Positions 60,669 to 64,000 of a stretch of DNA of 64,000 nt are shown here, in pieces (within the stretch, counting starts at the first letter, position 1; each line of letters starts with the position of its first letter). Both the position numbers and the translations under genes were made by a program. Origin of the DNA: Sedimentisphaerales bacterium (GTDB taxonomy: Bacteria; Planctomycetota; Phycisphaerae; Sedimentisphaerales; SM23-30); NCBI GenBank assembly GCA_963666285.1, contig OY762711.1; one strand, 5' to 3'. The notes under the pieces are model-generated. The model did not search any database. It had not been told where the DNA came from and saw nothing but the letters and a program-made list of their open reading frames with translations.

Positions 60669-61481
60669 TTAAACATCGGTTTTAGAGATTATTATTAATA
60701 AACCCTCTATTTTGGTATTAAATAAAGGTATAAATTCAAAGACATAATTAATACCAGATAAATCAAATTCGCGACATATCCTGAGTTTCAGATCAATGGC
60801 CTTTTTAGCTACATCCCAAATTCCATAATCGATAAGAGTATTGAGAGGAATATTAGGATAAAATGCGGCGAATTCCGGTATTGAAGTACGTGCATGTTCG
60901 TTACATAACAAAATTTCTCCCACACAATTAATACCGACAATAGAAACAGGCAGATATTCCAGAACCTGCTGAGAAAATTGCAGGACAGTATCAATTTTAT
61001 CGATAGCGATTTCAAGTTCATTTTTTTGCTGTTTCAATTTAATATTCTGGCTATGAACAGAACCTGCCAGTGAATGATTCTCACATAAGACATCATAATG
61101 TTTCAGGCACTGATCAACCGCAATCAACAGATCTTCATTTTCCCAAGGCTTAGGTATAAAACGATAGACTTCACCTTCATTGATTGCATCGACAACAGCT
61201 GCGATACTGGTATACCCCGACATAACCGCACGAACTATATCAGGATAAAGATGCTTAATCTTTTTTAATAACTCCGTACCGCTCATATCCGGCATTCTCT
61301 GGTCTGAAATAACCACATGCACTTTATCACTCTTAAGTATTTCAATCGCTTCAGCCGCACTATCAGCTAAAAGTACAAAGTAATTTTCTTTCCTGAGAGT
61401 CCTTTTTACCAGATTCAAAATAGACTTTTCATCATCAACAAAAAGTACTTTTCTTTTTTCACTTGATCCTGTATTCATCAT
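60669..61481 (-). CDS. Response regulator (receiver plus PAS-like region)
   Basis: VLFVDDE, ISDQRMPDMSG, KPW. Confidence 0.9.
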   Translation of the reverse strand: MMNTGSSEKRKVLFVDDEKSILNLVKRTLRKENYFVLLADSAAEAIEILKSDKVHVVISDQRMPDMSGTELLKKIKHLYPDIVRAVMSGYTSIAAVVDAINEGEVYRFIPKPWENEDLLIAVDQCLKHYDVLCENHSLAGSVHSQNIKLKQQKNELEIAIDKIDTVLQFSQQVLEYLPVSIVGINCVGEILLCNEHARTSIPEFAAFYPNIPLNTLIDYGIWDVAKKAIDLKLRICREFDLSGINYVFEFIPLFNTKIEGLLIIISKTDV

Positions 61482-61489
61482 GTTAGTGA

Positions 61490-63064
61490 CTATGATAAAG
61501 CAATATCGTCTTGTTCATTACTTAAATAAATATTCCTTGTACTGGCAGATATAACCGGAAGAATTACTGTGAAGGTAGAGCCTTTACCAACTTCGCTGTC
61601 AACAACAATATTACCTTCATGTTTTTTAATAATTCCATGTGTAACACTCAAACCAAGCCCTGTACCCTTGCCAAGCGGCTTGGTAGTATAAAACGGGTCA
61701 AATATCTGCTTGATATTTTCAGACGCTATCCCGCATCCGGTGTCAGATATACTGGCATAAACAAATTCGCCATCATGCCAGACCTTTATACTTATTTCGC
61801 CCTCGTCTCTAATAGCCTGTGCTGCATTAGAGATAAGATTCATAAAAACCTGATTGATCTCACCTGGATGACATATTATCGAAGGAACCTGCTGACTATA
61901 ATCTTCAATTACCTTGCATTTATATTTAAGCTCATTGTTCAATATTTTCAAAGTACTCTTAATACCATCAACCAGATTATATTTAACCATTTCCCTGGCA
62001 TCCGGCCGGGCAAATGATTTAAGATTAGAAACAATCTCGGTCACACGTTCGGTTCCATCAAGACATTCATCAATCAGTCTTCCAATATCTTTAACAATAA
62101 ATTTGAAATCTTCCCGCTCATCAATGGACTTAATCTGCTCTACCATCTTAACAATATCATCAGAGCCTGCATCTTCCATTGCCTGGGCGATACAAACAAT
62201 ATCCTGAAATATCCTGACATAATCCTGCATAGTAATAATATTAGCACCAATATACCCAACCGGGTTGTTGATCTCGTGTGCAACTCCAGCAGATAGTTCA
62301 CCCAAAGATTCCAGTTTTTGCCTCTGGTACAACTGGGCTTCAAGTTCCTTGTCTTTCTGGGCTGCGGTAAGTTCATCAAATACAGCATTTACAGGTTTAA
62401 TAATAGCCATATTTACAATAAAGGCAGTCGTAACCAGAACAACCAGAATAACAAAACCGGAAAAAACCATTGTGGCATAATTATAATTTCTAGTATCAGT
62501 ATTTATCTGATCAATCTCATCGTGCAAATTTGCCTCCATATCACGAGACATCTTAGTAAAGATATTCAGTAAATTATCTTTTCTTTTTGTGAGTTCAGGT
62601 GTAATTTTTTCAGCTTTTTCAAGCTGTTCAGGATTTTTTTCATCCATCATTCCGTAGACATAGTCTGCGGCTATCGAAAATTCGAGAAAACTATTTAGCA
62701 GATTTGAGATTTCACCTCTTTTGCTTTCACTTACATCAGAATTTGATAAAATAACCTTCAATGCCTGTTCAACTTTTTTTTGCTCATCCCATGCTTTTTC
62801 CAAAAGGTTCCATTCCCCTGTCATAACGGCATCTTCATAAAGACGTAATTGAGACTTAAAACTTTCAAGAGCGAGGCTACCGTTTTGAGCAGCGGGAAAA
62901 ACACTATGAGAAATATTATCCAACCTTCTGATATTATTTCTATCCAGCAGATATCCAACAAGGCCATTGATAACTATACTTATAAGTAAGATACCAACAA
63001 CAAGCCATATTTTCCATTTTATATCTGATTTCATTAACAATACCTGAAGTACAAGTATTAACAA
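61490..63064 (-). CDS. Membrane sensor histidine kinase (NtrB-like)
   Basis: Two TMs; AGVAHEINNP; N, G1, F and G2 boxes. Confidence 0.93.
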   Translation of the reverse strand: MLILVLQVLLMKSDIKWKIWLVVGILLISIVINGLVGYLLDRNNIRRLDNISHSVFPAAQNGSLALESFKSQLRLYEDAVMTGEWNLLEKAWDEQKKVEQALKVILSNSDVSESKRGEISNLLNSFLEFSIAADYVYGMMDEKNPEQLEKAEKITPELTKRKDNLLNIFTKMSRDMEANLHDEIDQINTDTRNYNYATMVFSGFVILVVLVTTAFIVNMAIIKPVNAVFDELTAAQKDKELEAQLYQRQKLESLGELSAGVAHEINNPVGYIGANIITMQDYVRIFQDIVCIAQAMEDAGSDDIVKMVEQIKSIDEREDFKFIVKDIGRLIDECLDGTERVTEIVSNLKSFARPDAREMVKYNLVDGIKSTLKILNNELKYKCKVIEDYSQQVPSIICHPGEINQVFMNLISNAAQAIRDEGEISIKVWHDGEFVYASISDTGCGIASENIKQIFDPFYTTKPLGKGTGLGLSVTHGIIKKHEGNIVVDSEVGKGSTFTVILPVISASTRNIYLSNEQDDIALS

Positions 63065-63081
63065 TTACACAATTACTAAAC

Positions 63082-64000
63082 TCATTTAAATAAATTACTA
63101 AATTCAGGAATTACCGGCAGGGAAATAGTAAATACCGTTCCCTCACCGGGGACACTTTCAAAATCTATTTTCCCGCTATGTTTATCAATTATCCCATGAG
63201 ACACACTCAGACCAAGTCCAGTACCTTTGCCAACCGGCTTTGTGGAGAAAAACGGATCAAAAACATAGTCAACATTTTCTGAAGGAATACCACAACCATT
63301 ATCTCTGATTTCAATAATAACACTATCATTTTGAGCTCTGGTTTTGATTTCTATAACCCCGTCAGTATCAATTGCCTGAACGGCATTATTGATAATATTG
63401 ATAAAAACCTGATTTAACTCACCGGGATAACATTCTATCTCAGGAACCTCACCATAATCTTCAATTACTCTGCATTTATACTTAAGCTCATTCTGCATCA
63501 CCTTTAGAGTTGATTTCATTCCATCATTAACATTATAACGAACTTTTTCCTTCAGGTCCGGCCTGGCAAATGATTTTAGATTTGACACAATATCTGATAC
63601 CCGGGCGGCTCCGTCGATGTTTTCTTCCAATAGGATATTTAAGTCAGAAATAACATCATTTATACTTTCCCTGCTATCCAGTTCTCGATACTGTTCTCTA
63701 AGTTTTTCAATGTCAGTTCCTGTATTATTGCAGATTTCAGATGAAATATCAGCCAACCTCCTGAGAACCTCGACATACTCTTTCATTATTTTCATGTTGC
63801 CGTAAATAAATCCAATTGGATTATTTATTTCATGGGCTATGCCGGCAGCAAGCTCACCTATTGCTTCCAGTTTCTGGGCATGATATATCTGGGCTTCCAT
63901 GGCTTCCTGACTGGATACATTCTGCCACAATATGACGGCAATTCGTAAATTGACAATATCTAGATGAGCCGGCCATACTTTGATTTGTATAATACCATCT
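63082..64000 (-). CDS. Histidine kinase, C-terminal part (starts beyond window)
   Basis: AGIAHEINNP; DNGCGI; GKGTGLGL; frame is open to the window edge. Confidence 0.92.
   Translation of the reverse strand, partial: DGIIQIKVWPAHLDIVNLRIAVILWQNVSSQEAMEAQIYHAQKLEAIGELAAGIAHEINNPIGFIYGNMKIMKEYVEVLRRLADISSEICNNTGTDIEKLREQYRELDSRESINDVISDLNILLEENIDGAARVSDIVSNLKSFARPDLKEKVRYNVNDGMKSTLKVMQNELKYKCRVIEDYGEVPEIECYPGELNQVFINIINNAVQAIDTDGVIEIKTRAQNDSVIIEIRDNGCGIPSENVDYVFDPFFSTKPVGKGTGLGLSVSHGIIDKHSGKIDFESVPGEGTVFTISLPVIPEFSNLFK

Noticed and set aside
1..64000. tRNA or rRNA genes
   Set aside because: No cloverleaf with a T-loop or rRNA signature was recognised in the intergenic regions

Overview
Bacterial chromosome window of about 40% GC. 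It is most consistent with a Planctomycetota (Phycisphaerae/Sedimentisphaerales-like) genome, inferred from the ECF sigma/FecR-LamG pair, PEP-CTERM protein, sulfatase, 'DxDxNCxVxLxDFAxFAxxWL' C-terminal motif and lack of rpmD. Layout: 1-10 kb has partial hisB, lipoproteins, a PEP-CTERM protein, a response regulator and purB. 10.3-26.8 kb is the S10-spc-alpha ribosomal cluster on the minus strand. 27-43 kb is an accessory region (cheW, GGQ hydrolase, sulfatase, truncated chemoreceptor, NHL protein, nested mobile elements, ECF sigma locus). 43.7-64 kb holds sppA, three tandem rhomboids (middle one broken), truA, NYN, htrA, NUDIX, uup, rpe, plsC, a FapA-like gene and a two-component cluster. Most notable findings: (1) a lipoprotein ORF whose 'stop' is an in-frame UGA followed by a SECIS-like hairpin and 40 more codons (candidate selenoprotein, U-x-x-x-C). 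(2) Ribosomal protein uL22 fused to an N-terminal XRE-type HTH domain. (3) A ~142-bp inverted-repeat element whose three full copies each carry a different nested insert, one being a TIR-less 1.65-kb element with an unusual transposase-like gene. (4) A ~0.9-kb non-coding array of GNA/GNNA mini-hairpins and 7-nt repeats at an apparent strand-composition switch. (5) A promoter-driven short structured RNA upstream of the NYN nuclease gene. All calls come from reading the sequence; no searches were run.
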